This document shows, in pieces, positions 1 to 9,168 of a stretch of DNA of 64,000 nucleotides (position 1 is its first letter; each line of letters begins with the position of its first letter). This DNA is from Candidatus Sumerlaeaceae bacterium (GTDB taxonomy: Bacteria > Sumerlaeota > Sumerlaeia > Sumerlaeales > Sumerlaeaceae). The translations under genes were made by a program, and so were the position numbers. The stretch spans positions 1 to 64,000 of the forward strand of contig JBPCLP010000047.1 in NCBI GenBank assembly GCA_051003195.1, given 5' to 3'. Under the pieces are notes generated by a model that searched no databases, was not told the DNA's origin, and saw only the letters and a program-made list of their open reading frames with translations.

Positions 1-240
1 ACTCCGCATTAAGAAGACCCGCGATGTAGAATGCCGAATATTCGAAAATGAGCTGAGGACGAATCCTCGAAGCCCACGACACCAGTTTCCCTCTTTTTGT
101 ACTCCGCACTCCGCATTAAGAAGTCCGCGATGTAGAATGCCGAATACTCGAAAATGAGCTGAGGACGAATCCTCGAAGCCCATGACAGCAGTTTCCCTCT
201 TTTTGTACTCCGCACTCCGCATTCCGCACTCCGCATTAAG
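1..240. repeat. Tandem ~107-bp repeat (about 2.2 copies, cut by window edge) with ACTCCGC/ATTCCGC heptamer runs at the junctions
   Basis: actccgcattaagaag..cgcgatgtagaatgccgaata..gaaaatgagctgaggacgaatcctcgaagccca..cagtttccctctttttgt starts at 1 and 108; heptamers at 101-114 and 207-234. Confidence 0.9.
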
Positions 241-290
241 AAGGCCCGCGGCGCCGGGTCGGGGGGGACGGGGTGGCGCCGCGGGTCTTT
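241..290. terminator. GC-rich stem-loop, probable intrinsic terminator downstream of the thioredoxin-like gene
   Basis: aaggcccgcggcgcc ... ggcgccgcgggtcttt inverted repeat. Confidence 0.5.
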
Positions 291-357
291 GGTTTCTCTG
301 GAGGGTTGGTTGGGGTTCCGGAAATTGTTGCCCTGGTGACTTTCGGGTCTCAGTGGT

Positions 358-912
358 TTAGCGGCTCGAGGCGACCTCACGCTTGCCACTTGCGAGATCC
401 TTGGTCTGTGCTGCCAGGGCGTTGATACTCTGACCCAACTGGCGGATGGTACCCATGTCCATCGTGCCGGTGTAGGTATAAACTGGTGACGAGAAGCCAG
501 ACTCAGGTGAGAAGACGATGGTGGTAGGGGTTCCACCGGCTGCAAACTTGGTGGTAAGGGCCGGGTTACTGTCGGCGTCAACGCGAACGCGGACAGCGCC
601 GGAGAGGGCCTTGCCGGCTGCCGGCTGCAGCAGGTTGGCTTCCATTGCTTCGCAGGCGTTGCAGCCATCGCGGGCGATCACGACGATCAGGGGCTTGCCG
701 CTGGCCTGTGCCTGGCTGATTCCACTCTGCAGGTTGCTGCCCCAGCCGGGGATCGGGGCGCCCTGCGCAGTGCTTACGCCCAGCGCGAAAAGGCTGAAGG
801 CCATCAGCACGGTAGCCACGGTAACAATGCGCTTCACGGTTACGACATCTTCAAAACGGGTTTCCTGGGGAGCTTCGAAAGGGATACTGCGCATCCGGAT
901 TGTCGTGTTCAT
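358..912 (-). CDS. Exported thioredoxin-fold protein
   Basis: Hydrophobic signal, then W...AQASGKPLIVVIARDGCNAC (CxxC), VRVDAD and GTPTTIVF cis-Pro motif; start uncertain. Confidence 0.8.
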   Translation of the reverse strand: MNTTIRMRSIPFEAPQETRFEDVVTVKRIVTVATVLMAFSLFALGVSTAQGAPIPGWGSNLQSGISQAQASGKPLIVVIARDGCNACEAMEANLLQPAAGKALSGAVRVRVDADSNPALTTKFAAGGTPTTIVFSPESGFSSPVYTYTGTMDMGTIRQLGQSINALAAQTKDLASGKREVASSR

Positions 913-959
913 TGTGCGTTTCCTTGGTTCGTCGTCCTGCGTTGATGACGAGTACTAAC

Positions 960-974
960 TCAAAGCGCGTGCCA
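960..974 (-). promoter_or_regulatory. Sigma54-like -24/-12 element with non-canonical -12
   Basis: Minus strand TGGCACG-CGCT-TTGA: perfect -24, but GA instead of GC at -12; upstream of 358..912. Confidence 0.35.
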
Positions 975-1229
975 ACGGGTTTTAGGGAAGTTTTGAGGCG
1001 CGAAGTTCCGGTTCACCTGACACACGTTAATCGACAGTAATTGACTGCATTTACTTGAGTTGTAAAAGTGTGTCTAAGGGAGTGAATGATCGCTAAAGCC
1101 ATCAATTGATCTGTCTTACAGGCAGCAGAGCCGACATTTCGATGGCATTTGTATGAGAGAAATACCGCACAGGAGAATCCGCGTGTTCGGAAAGCGGATA
1201 CTGCGATTGGGGAACGGCGCGCGCCGGCT

Positions 1230-1931
1230 TCAGGATGGCTGCCAGGGAAGGACGTATTTCCACACAGCAACGAACTGCGCGGCGCTGCCGGCCAGTACGA
1301 ACAGGTGCCAGACGGTGTGGAAGTATTTCACCCGGTGGTCCAGTCGGTAAAATACAACCCCGCCGGTATACAACAACCCACCAGCCAGCATCCATAGCAC
1401 CGCGCCGTGTGGAAACCGGTGCAGCATCTCGCCAAGCGCCGGCAGGATCGCCCAGCCCATCAGAACGTACGCAACGGTCGAGAGGCCGTCGTACCGTCCC
1501 GCGTGGCCCAGCTTGATCAAGATGCCCACAATCGCCAGCGCCCACACCGCCGTAAGTACCGTGTATCCTACCCATCCACGCATGAGCGTAAGCATGAAGG
1601 GAGTATACGTACCGGCAATCAGCAGGTAGATGCACACATGATCAAACGTGCGCAGCCGCCGTTTCCACCCATGATCGTGGCAGCCGTGGTAGCTGGCGGA
1701 AGAAACGTAAACCAGAACCAGCGCAGCAGCGTAGACGAGGCAGCCTGTCATGTGCCAGGCATCCACCCATGCCCCGTTGCGAAGCACCAGCCACAGTGCG
1801 ACAAGGCTCAGTGCGGCACCAAAGACGTGAGTCGCGCAATTCAGCGCCTCTTCGCGCCTGCACTCGTTCAGGCCGTGCCTTGGGCCGGTCGGGCGGATGA
1901 ATTCGCGCAAAGCGGTAGGCATCTGAGTCAA
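1230..1931 (-). CDS. Hemolysin III / PAQR family membrane protein
   Basis: EEALNCATH, SSASYH, DHVCIYLLIAGTYTP, HTVWHLFV motifs; 7 TM. Confidence 0.92.
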   Translation of the reverse strand: MTQMPTALREFIRPTGPRHGLNECRREEALNCATHVFGAALSLVALWLVLRNGAWVDAWHMTGCLVYAAALVLVYVSSASYHGCHDHGWKRRLRTFDHVCIYLLIAGTYTPFMLTLMRGWVGYTVLTAVWALAIVGILIKLGHAGRYDGLSTVAYVLMGWAILPALGEMLHRFPHGAVLWMLAGGLLYTGGVVFYRLDHRVKYFHTVWHLFVLAGSAAQFVAVWKYVLPWQPS

Positions 1932-1970
1932 ATGCTGAGCAACCCAAACCCGCTGGAATATCTTTTCACT

Positions 1971-2948
1971 TCAAACGTCCGGATTAGGTGGAGGCACGGC
2001 GCTGCGGCCCGGCATCATAATCAACGTAATTGCCGCCGCCATGATGAGCGCCGCGCCCAGCCAGAACCGAATCCGGAGTACCTCATGCAGCGCAAACAGT
2101 GACAAGATCGCGCTTAATGGCACCGCCATCAGCGAGAGGACACCGCCTTCGACAGCAGTGATGTATTTCAGTCCTTTGGTCAGCAGGATCTGCGCGGCGA
2201 TGGCGGAAACTCCGACGGCGAGCAGGCTGATAATGATCGGCACAGTTGCTGTCGCATGGCCACCCCTCATGAACGGAATGGCCATAAGCGTTGAAGCCAC
2301 GGTAAATGACAGCACAATCCATGCGCTGCGCTCGGTGCGCGTCAGGCGTCGAATGCTGGTCACCGCGGCGCCAGACATCAGCCCGGCCATCAACCCTGCT
2401 GCGTCGCCCCGCGTAAATGTAAACGTCAGTCCATGCGAATCCAGTGTCATGGCAGCGCCAATCACCGCCATCAAAAGAGCCAGAAGTGCGGCCGAGGACG
2501 GACGTTCGCCTAAATCCCACCACGCAAACACCGCGGCGTAGATCGGGTACATATAGCAATAAAGCGTGGCCTTTGCCAGGCCGATGTGATCAATCGAGTA
2601 GAAGAAGCACAGCAGCGATGTTGCGCCAAAGAGCCCGCGGCACAGGAGCCCAACTAGGTTGCGCGGGCGATCGATCGGTTCGCGGCTTGCTCCGAACCAC
2701 ACAAGTAAAATGACGGTGCCTATGAGGCTGCGGTAGAAAACCTTTTCATGGCTCGTGATCGGCTCCGGCACCAGCCGGACCGAGAGCCCCATAATAGCAA
2801 ACGCCACACTCGACAAAAGCAGCAGCGCGCGTCCGCGTGCACGCGCAGCCTGTGCCAAAATGTGGCGTTGACCAGCCTCCGATACGCTGTCGGGATCGTC
2901 CGCCTGGCCGTCGCGCTGCATCGGCTCGGCTATGATGTTGGATGTCAT
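1971..2948 (-). CDS. EamA/DMT family transporter
   Basis: About 10 TM segments in two EamA repeats; start may be 2921. Confidence 0.88.
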   Translation of the reverse strand: MTSNIIAEPMQRDGQADDPDSVSEAGQRHILAQAARARGRALLLLSSVAFAIMGLSVRLVPEPITSHEKVFYRSLIGTVILLVWFGASREPIDRPRNLVGLLCRGLFGATSLLCFFYSIDHIGLAKATLYCYMYPIYAAVFAWWDLGERPSSAALLALLMAVIGAAMTLDSHGLTFTFTRGDAAGLMAGLMSGAAVTSIRRLTRTERSAWIVLSFTVASTLMAIPFMRGGHATATVPIIISLLAVGVSAIAAQILLTKGLKYITAVEGGVLSLMAVPLSAILSLFALHEVLRIRFWLGAALIMAAAITLIMMPGRSAVPPPNPDV

Positions 2949-4369
2949 CTATCGTAAAGGCTCTGATGGAATCGTACAGCAATAGCAGCGCGGGATTCCT
3001 TTACTGGTTTCGCAGGCGCCTGGACACGCATCGCGGTGTGCTGTTCGGCGTATGTTGCGTCTACTTCCTCTCAAGTTTCGTGTCTACTACATTGACCCGA
3101 TATGGCGCGCCCCCAGCAGGCGAATGGGCGCGTCAGTTCGATAAAGAGGAGTGGGTGCTTTTATCCCGCCCGCGTATCCTGCGCGGCGACGAGATGCATT
3201 ACTTGCTCATGGCCAACTCGCTTGGACGCGACGGCGACCTGCGTTTGTCGTGGGATTACGCGAACGTGCTGCGCGGCGGGTTGGACATGGGGTTCTGGCA
3301 CCGTGGTTATCCCGCGCGCGAACCCTGGATACACTTCACGCGAATGAACGATGCCCGGCACGGGCAGTATTCGCTGGTTGGCAGGCACCCGGTAGGCTTC
3401 TCCGCATTGCTGGCGCTGTTGCTCTGGCCACTGGCAGGCACCTCCTGGATGGAAGCGGCATCCATATGGGTTACGGTCGTAGCGGCTGTCCTGGGTTTGC
3501 ACTTCCTGCTGCGGATTTTGGAAACTCGTGGTACGTGGCCGCGCGCGCGCAACACCGCGCTGCTTGTCGCGTTTGCGACGCCGTACTGGAGCTATGCCAG
3601 GACACTCTACACCGAGATCTATATGGCGCTCGGCTATCTGATGGTGCTCTACCTCGTGCTGAAGGGGCTAACGTGGCGGAGTATCCCGGTGCTCAGCGTC
3701 CTGGCGTGGTTCAAATATCCCGCCCTGCTGCTGTTTTTAAGCGCGGGGGTGGGGGAGTGGCTGCAAAAACGCAGGCGCAATTTCTTTATCGTTGGTGTTT
3801 CGGGTGCGGCCGTGTTGTTGGCGATCACGCTGTTCAACAGGTGGTTTTACCATCGCACCGGATTTATGGTGTTCGATTCAACGGCCCCCCTGCGTGCGCG
3901 AACCGGAATCAGCGCACCCATCCGCTGGGTACCCGGTAATATTGACAGTAACCTGTGGCGATTGATCAGCGACGGCGATAAAGGGCTGTTCTCTTATACG
4001 CCCGTACTGGCACTTGCGCTTGCAGGACTGGTGCCGATGTGGCGCCGCGACCGGGATCTCTGCCGCCTTCTGCTTGTGTGTGCCGTTCCATGGTTCGTCC
4101 TGCACATCACCTATCGCTATATGCTGGCGGGCGACTCCTACAGCACACGTTATCTTGTCCCAATCATACCGCTCGTAATGCTTGGAATCCCATGGTTTGT
4201 TGAGGCGGCGCGTGGCATGGCCTGGAGAATACTATTTGGCGCGGCTGTGACCTGGTCTCTCGCGTGTAACATTCTCGCGGGCATGTTCCCGGCGACATCA
4301 TTTTCCCGTACACCGCCGGAGATGTTCGTTAGCGCCGCAAGGATAGTGCGCACGCTAATCTTCGGTTGA
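2942..4369 (+). CDS. Multi-TM GT-C-like glycosyltransferase
   Basis: GDEMHYLLMANSLGRDGD loop, HPVGFSALL, YARTLYTE, GLFSYTP, RYLVP; start possibly 2966. Confidence 0.7.
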   Translation: MSSIVKALMESYSNSSAGFLYWFRRRLDTHRGVLFGVCCVYFLSSFVSTTLTRYGAPPAGEWARQFDKEEWVLLSRPRILRGDEMHYLLMANSLGRDGDLRLSWDYANVLRGGLDMGFWHRGYPAREPWIHFTRMNDARHGQYSLVGRHPVGFSALLALLLWPLAGTSWMEAASIWVTVVAAVLGLHFLLRILETRGTWPRARNTALLVAFATPYWSYARTLYTEIYMALGYLMVLYLVLKGLTWRSIPVLSVLAWFKYPALLLFLSAGVGEWLQKRRRNFFIVGVSGAAVLLAITLFNRWFYHRTGFMVFDSTAPLRARTGISAPIRWVPGNIDSNLWRLISDGDKGLFSYTPVLALALAGLVPMWRRDRDLCRLLLVCAVPWFVLHITYRYMLAGDSYSTRYLVPIIPLVMLGIPWFVEAARGMAWRILFGAAVTWSLACNILAGMFPATSFSRTPPEMFVSAARIVRTLIFG

Positions 4370-5449
4370 AGAGCCGGGCCGCACGCCAGCCTGTCCTGGT
4401 GCATTGCCGACCTGCGAAGGAAAAGATTCGGGTCGCGCGGCATGGTTCAGCCAGTACATCACGACGCCCGCAACAAAGGCAAACGCGCCGTAATGATAAT
4501 ACAAAACTAGCAACGGCACACAAGCCACGGCAAAGAACACTCCGCGTCGTCGCGCGAACACGCGGAACAAACCGGCATTGAGCGCCGCCAGCATCGCAAT
4601 TTGCCCAGCCGGCAACGCTATCCAGGCAGCATTCCCGTCGCGCGACGCCAGCCACCAGGCGACCGCCAAACAGGGCAGCAGCAGGCAGGCAACTATGGTC
4701 GCAACCTTTTGGCGCGCGCTGAAGTTCAGGTCCTTCTCCCGCCGCCCCCGGCGCAGCATCATGATCGTCCAGGGAATGCCCCGACGCACCACGTCGGTGT
4801 AGATCAGTTCGTGCAGACTCCAGCGTTTCAGGTGCTGCACCTGGATATCCGGACGCAGCCAGATCCGCTCACCCGCATCGCGCATCCGGTGACCGTAATC
4901 GATGTCTTCCATCAGCGTGAGACCCGCTGTGCGAAATCCGCCGAGACGCTCAAATACTTCGCAGCGAATTGCGCCGCAACCGGTCCAGAACGTCGACGCT
5001 TCGGCTGCGCCAGTTTGATGGACGTAATGGTGGAAGAGATTCTTAAACGAAGAAATAATCGACTGTTCTGCCGGATTATCGTCGTAGGAACCGAAAACCG
5101 CCGCGACTTCCGGGCGTTCAAGAAAAGCATCGCGAATTCGTTGCAGCGTGTCAGTATGTATGCGTGTGTCTGCGTCAATAAACACCAGGATCGCTCCGCG
5201 AGCCTGGGACACACCCGCATTTCGAGCCCCGCCTGGCCCGGGATCCCTGTCGTTACTCACTACCAGGCTGCCGTAGCGCTGCGCAACGTCACGTGTATCA
5301 TCAGTAGAGGAGTCATCCACCACGATCAGATCGAAATGCTGAAAGCTGCTCGCGCGTACCGCTGGCAGCGTCTGCTCCAGGTAATGCGCGGCATTGCGCG
5401 CGGGAATGATGATGGATAGCAGTGGCGCGGAAGAGGACACGTTGCTCAC
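4355..5449 (-). CDS. Glycosyltransferase family 2 with C-terminal TM helices
   Basis: SIIIPARN, VVDDSSTD, ARNAG, FIDAD, EDIDYG motifs. Confidence 0.92.
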   Translation of the reverse strand: MSNVSSSAPLLSIIIPARNAAHYLEQTLPAVRASSFQHFDLIVVDDSSTDDTRDVAQRYGSLVVSNDRDPGPGGARNAGVSQARGAILVFIDADTRIHTDTLQRIRDAFLERPEVAAVFGSYDDNPAEQSIISSFKNLFHHYVHQTGAAEASTFWTGCGAIRCEVFERLGGFRTAGLTLMEDIDYGHRMRDAGERIWLRPDIQVQHLKRWSLHELIYTDVVRRGIPWTIMMLRRGRREKDLNFSARQKVATIVACLLLPCLAVAWWLASRDGNAAWIALPAGQIAMLAALNAGLFRVFARRRGVFFAVACVPLLVLYYHYGAFAFVAGVVMYWLNHAARPESFPSQVGNAPGQAGVRPGSSTED

Positions 5450-5468
5450 CCGACGAGACGCAGTGCGG

Positions 5469-6962
5469 TTACGATGCGGCCGGCGCTAAGCGCTGGACTT
5501 CCTGGTACTCGCTGTCGCTGTTCACTTGCCAGATATCGTGCTCATCGCCATGCATCAGGTTATCCACGGCCAGGAATGCCGTCAGCATGGAATGATCCTG
5601 GTTGTTATACTTATGCAGTCCGTTGCGACCCAGAAGTTGCAGGTTTGTGAACTGCTTCAGGTAATCCCGTATGACCTGCAGGTTGTGCGCGAAGTCGCCG
5701 TTATACATGGGATACGCTTTTTTCACGCGTAGAACAAACCCATCCAGCACGTTCTCGGGGTCAGCCAGACCCAGTTGCTGCAATTCGCCTTTCGCCAATT
5801 CGATCAGCTGCTCGTCGGTATGCGTCCACAGGTCGTCACCCTCAAAGCAGAAATACTCCATACCTATGGAAGTTCGGTGTGGCTCGGGCACAAGGTCGCG
5901 ACTCCAGTTCCCAAAATTCTGGATGCGCCCCACGCGGACCTCCGGTGAGTGAACATATATCCAGTTGTCGGGAAACAAGCCTTCGCGTTCGAGGATCAGG
6001 TTGATTGTTAGAAGATCGCGGTATCGGAGCGCGTGTGCTGCTTCGATCACCTCGGCCGGAGCGGAAGGTCGCATGCGATCGACGAACGTCCGGAGCGGCA
6101 TCGAGGAAAAGTAAAATGCGCCGACGGCTTTTTCCTGCGCTTCGGTCGTACCCGTCGAAGCGTGTGCCACAGCCGTGATACGCAATCCGTCATGAGAAAT
6201 CTCGTGGACTTCCCGTCCGAGATGGACCGCTGCGCCTCCGGCATTCAACCTCTGCTCCAGGCGCTCCCAAAGCATTCCAGGGCCAAGACGCGGGTAATCG
6301 AACTCTTCGATGAGGCTCTTCACATCGCCGTTGCGACTGCCGAAGAAAGCATTTCTGATCGCCTTTACGAGAGACAGGCCCTTGATACGTTGCGCCGCCC
6401 AGTCCGCGCGTATCTGTGAACAGGGTATGCCCCACACCTTCTCTGTGTAGGTACGGAAAAAGATCTCATACAAGCGGCGGCCGAACCTGTTGATGATATA
6501 CTGATCGAAGTATTCTTCCAACGGGAGCGGCCGCAGCCGAGCCCGAACGTAGCTGCCCAGCACCAGCACCGTGTTCCAGACTCCGAGCCCGAAGAATGCG
6601 TTCCACGGTTTCAGCGGATAATGGAAAAAACTGCCGTGATAGTAAATGCGACTCAGGCGCGGTACTTTGATAAAATCTGCGCCAAGAACCTCGCGCCACA
6701 GTCGGTCCACACGGCTCAATTTGGTAAAGAACCGGTGGCCGCCGATATCAAAGCCATATCCCTTGTATTTTACCGTTTTTGCGAGGCCCCCCACCTGGTT
6801 CTCGCGCTCGAGAACAATACTGCGCTGCCCATGACTAAGCAGTTCGTAGGCCGCCGTGAGGCCTGCAGGGCCGGCACCGAGGATAACGACCGGCTCGCGC
6901 GCCGATTCGACTTTTGAATCGGCTGCTGCAGGTACGGCAGTTTTGGGAAAGTTTGTTGGCAT
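5469..6962 (-). CDS. FAD-dependent oxidoreductase (UDP-galactopyranose mutase / HemY-like family found in glycosylation clusters)
   Basis: GAGPAGLTAA, VGGLA, DIGGHRFF, YTEKVWG, GRNGLHKYNNQDHSM. Confidence 0.85.
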   Translation of the reverse strand: MPTNFPKTAVPAAADSKVESAREPVVILGAGPAGLTAAYELLSHGQRSIVLERENQVGGLAKTVKYKGYGFDIGGHRFFTKLSRVDRLWREVLGADFIKVPRLSRIYYHGSFFHYPLKPWNAFFGLGVWNTVLVLGSYVRARLRPLPLEEYFDQYIINRFGRRLYEIFFRTYTEKVWGIPCSQIRADWAAQRIKGLSLVKAIRNAFFGSRNGDVKSLIEEFDYPRLGPGMLWERLEQRLNAGGAAVHLGREVHEISHDGLRITAVAHASTGTTEAQEKAVGAFYFSSMPLRTFVDRMRPSAPAEVIEAAHALRYRDLLTINLILEREGLFPDNWIYVHSPEVRVGRIQNFGNWSRDLVPEPHRTSIGMEYFCFEGDDLWTHTDEQLIELAKGELQQLGLADPENVLDGFVLRVKKAYPMYNGDFAHNLQVIRDYLKQFTNLQLLGRNGLHKYNNQDHSMLTAFLAVDNLMHGDEHDIWQVNSDSEYQEVQRLAPAAS

Positions 6963-7065
6963 TTGGAACGCGTTGCAGCTGCCCTTTGCCGAGCAGATGC
7001 TCTTGGACTAAGCGCCCGACCGCGACCCCCGGTCAAGCCATCTATTCCAGCGCTTTTTCCGCACG

Positions 7066-7944
7066 TCAATCCGACGTCACTCGCTCGACTGTGGCGATCA
7101 TTTCATCCAGCGGTCCACGGGCGAGATCGTACGCCCGTACCCCATTGAGCAAGGGGCCAAGGCGCCGCATGGTAGTCCCGAGGTCGGTGCGCTGGAGGCT
7201 GTTTGTATACGGCGCCAGGGCAAGCAGCGCTTGTACTGGGTCGATTAGCTGGGCTTCTGCAGGGGCGAGTTCGGGAGCCCCGTTGCGCGCGAGAAAAAGT
7301 ACTGCCGACACGGGCGTGCTGCGTGCCCGTGAGATTGCGGTCAATTCATCCGGGTGGAAAACGTAACCCTCGGCTGTACGGTCGCACGATTCGGCGTTTG
7401 TCATTTGGTCCCAGAAATCTTCCCCCAGCAGTTCGCGGCTTGGATCACGAAGCGACACACGCCGAAGCAGAGGCGTTGCTTCACGTCGCGCACAGTCCAG
7501 CACGGCAACATCATCCGCCAGCAACTGCCAGCCTGAATGCCACAGCGCGCACGACAACGTAGATTTGCCACTGTGCGAAGGCCCTACGATGATCACCCCC
7601 CGGCTCATGCGGCTCAATAGTCCGGCATGTACGGTCAGCACCTGCTCGTGGTGGTCCAGCAGCGCCAGAGCCGCATTCATTTCAACAGCCCGCAACGTGA
7701 TTGAGCAGTCGTCATACAACTCGGCTTTCGCAGTCGGGCTCGCCGAGAGACTATAGCCATGAAGTAGTCTTTCGGCCGTCATGCGTACCGTCGTTAATGG
7801 CTCAGAGCCGGGCACAAAAGACAGGTTCCAGTGGCGCAGAACAGCCGTTGCGCGAGCGGCCAGCTCGGCATCGGAACTATACAATTGAAAGCGGACTGGC
7901 CATTGCTGCCATTCGACAATCAACTGCTCAGCCGAGGGCAACAT
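7066..7944 (-). CDS. HPr kinase-related P-loop kinase
   Basis: VHAG..GVIIVGPSHSGKSTL (Walker A), WQLLADD (HprK signature). Confidence 0.75.
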   Translation of the reverse strand: MLPSAEQLIVEWQQWPVRFQLYSSDAELAARATAVLRHWNLSFVPGSEPLTTVRMTAERLLHGYSLSASPTAKAELYDDCSITLRAVEMNAALALLDHHEQVLTVHAGLLSRMSRGVIIVGPSHSGKSTLSCALWHSGWQLLADDVAVLDCARREATPLLRRVSLRDPSRELLGEDFWDQMTNAESCDRTAEGYVFHPDELTAISRARSTPVSAVLFLARNGAPELAPAEAQLIDPVQALLALAPYTNSLQRTDLGTTMRRLGPLLNGVRAYDLARGPLDEMIATVERVTSD

Positions 7945-8115
7945 AGAGAACCGGCGGGTGCGAAATCATCAGCACCCGCTTTACTAAATGCTGTAGCGAT
8001 TGTTCAGACATGTAAAACGGCTAAGCCAAAGCAGTGGACATACGCTTCCATCCACCGCCTGACCCTGATGCTCAATGCTCTGGATGCTGGAAAACGCCGT
8101 TAGAATGCAGCGTTA

Positions 8116-8235
8116 CTACCTACATGATATCCGGCCAGCGTACTGTACCTGGCGTTCAAGGTCGTCGGCCGTCAATACCTGCTCCACCGATGGTGCTGTG
8201 TAGTCCTGCTCGGTTTCGATTTCCGGATTCTCCAT
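8116..8235 (-). CDS. 39-aa peptide, candidate RiPP-like precursor
   Basis: MENPEIETEQDYTAPSVEQVLTADDLERQVQYAGRISCR; AGGAGA RBS just upstream of ATG 8235; YxxPx(V/L) motif. Confidence 0.6.
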   Translation of the reverse strand: MENPEIETEQDYTAPSVEQVLTADDLERQVQYAGRISCR

Positions 8236-8360
8236 GGTGCATCTCCTGACAATGACTTGGTTGCCAGGTTTCTTTCGCTCAACGTAAGAAGAATCAAGCT
8301 CTTTGTCGTCTCGAGCGTTCCCGCTTGATGTAGTGGATGGAAACACTCCAGGTGCCGGTT

Positions 8361-9125
8361 ATGTGCGGCAGATACAGCATGACTCATACGGCTACGGAGC
8401 TGGCCGAGCGTTTCGGAATTGAGCCGCCGCCCATGCTCGCGCCGCGTTACAATATCGCCCCGACCCAACCTGTTTTGATCGTCCGTGAGGATAGACACAG
8501 GAATCGGCTGAGGGAGAGCACGCATGTTGTATGGGGCCTCATCCCGCCGTGGGCCGACGACACAAAGATCGCATTCCGAATGATTAACGCGCGTGCCGAC
8601 GCCGTAGCTGAAAAGCCGGCGTTCAGGCACGCCTTCAGGCGTCGGCGCTGCCTGGTCCCTGCAAGCGGTTTCTATGAATGGAAAAAGACCCCCCTCCCTG
8701 CAGCATCCCAGCCGGATGACTTGTTCGCGGGGGAAGATCTAACCCAGGCACCGGAAGGCCTTGGTGCGGCGCAGAAGTTCAACCGCGAACCGAATTTCAT
8801 CCACATGATTTCCGGCGAGCTGTTTGCATTTGCCGGCCTTTGGGAAGTGTGGGATGGCCCCAACGGCGAGACCATCGAAAGCTGCACGATTCTTACTACG
8901 GACGCCAACTCACTCCTGGCGCCGATTCACGATAGGATGCCGGTCATTCTCCCGCCCAACCAGTTTTCTGAATGGCTGGATACGAGCAACGAAGACGTGG
9001 CTACTCTTTCTCACCTTCTACGTCCATATCCTGCCGATGCCATGGAGGCATACGTGGTCAGTTCCATCGTGAACAGCCCACGAAATGACGAGCCTGCGTG
9101 CAGCGCACCCGTCGAACGCCCCTGA
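8361..9125 (+). CDS. yedK: SRAP (SOS response-associated peptidase) family abasic-site protein, YedK/HMCES-like
   Basis: MCGRY N-terminus (catalytic Cys2 fixes the start at 8361), RYNIAPTQ, INARAD, GFYEW, IHDRMPVIL. Confidence 0.93.
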   Translation: MCGRYSMTHTATELAERFGIEPPPMLAPRYNIAPTQPVLIVREDRHRNRLRESTHVVWGLIPPWADDTKIAFRMINARADAVAEKPAFRHAFRRRRCLVPASGFYEWKKTPLPAASQPDDLFAGEDLTQAPEGLGAAQKFNREPNFIHMISGELFAFAGLWEVWDGPNGETIESCTILTTDANSLLAPIHDRMPVILPPNQFSEWLDTSNEDVATLSHLLRPYPADAMEAYVVSSIVNSPRNDEPACSAPVERP

Positions 9126-9168
9126 CGAGGCTTGACCAGACTGCACGCCCGCCGGCGACTATCAGTCT

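Noticed and set aside
1..240. Possible CRISPR array
   Set aside because: The whole ~107-bp unit repeats, so there are no unique spacers; no cas genes
9..668. 219-aa ORF and other repeat-derived ORFs (39566..40009, 55434..55724, 55503..55796)
   Set aside because: Translations are dominated by repeat peptides (MRSAECG, NPQSA) or overlap real genes
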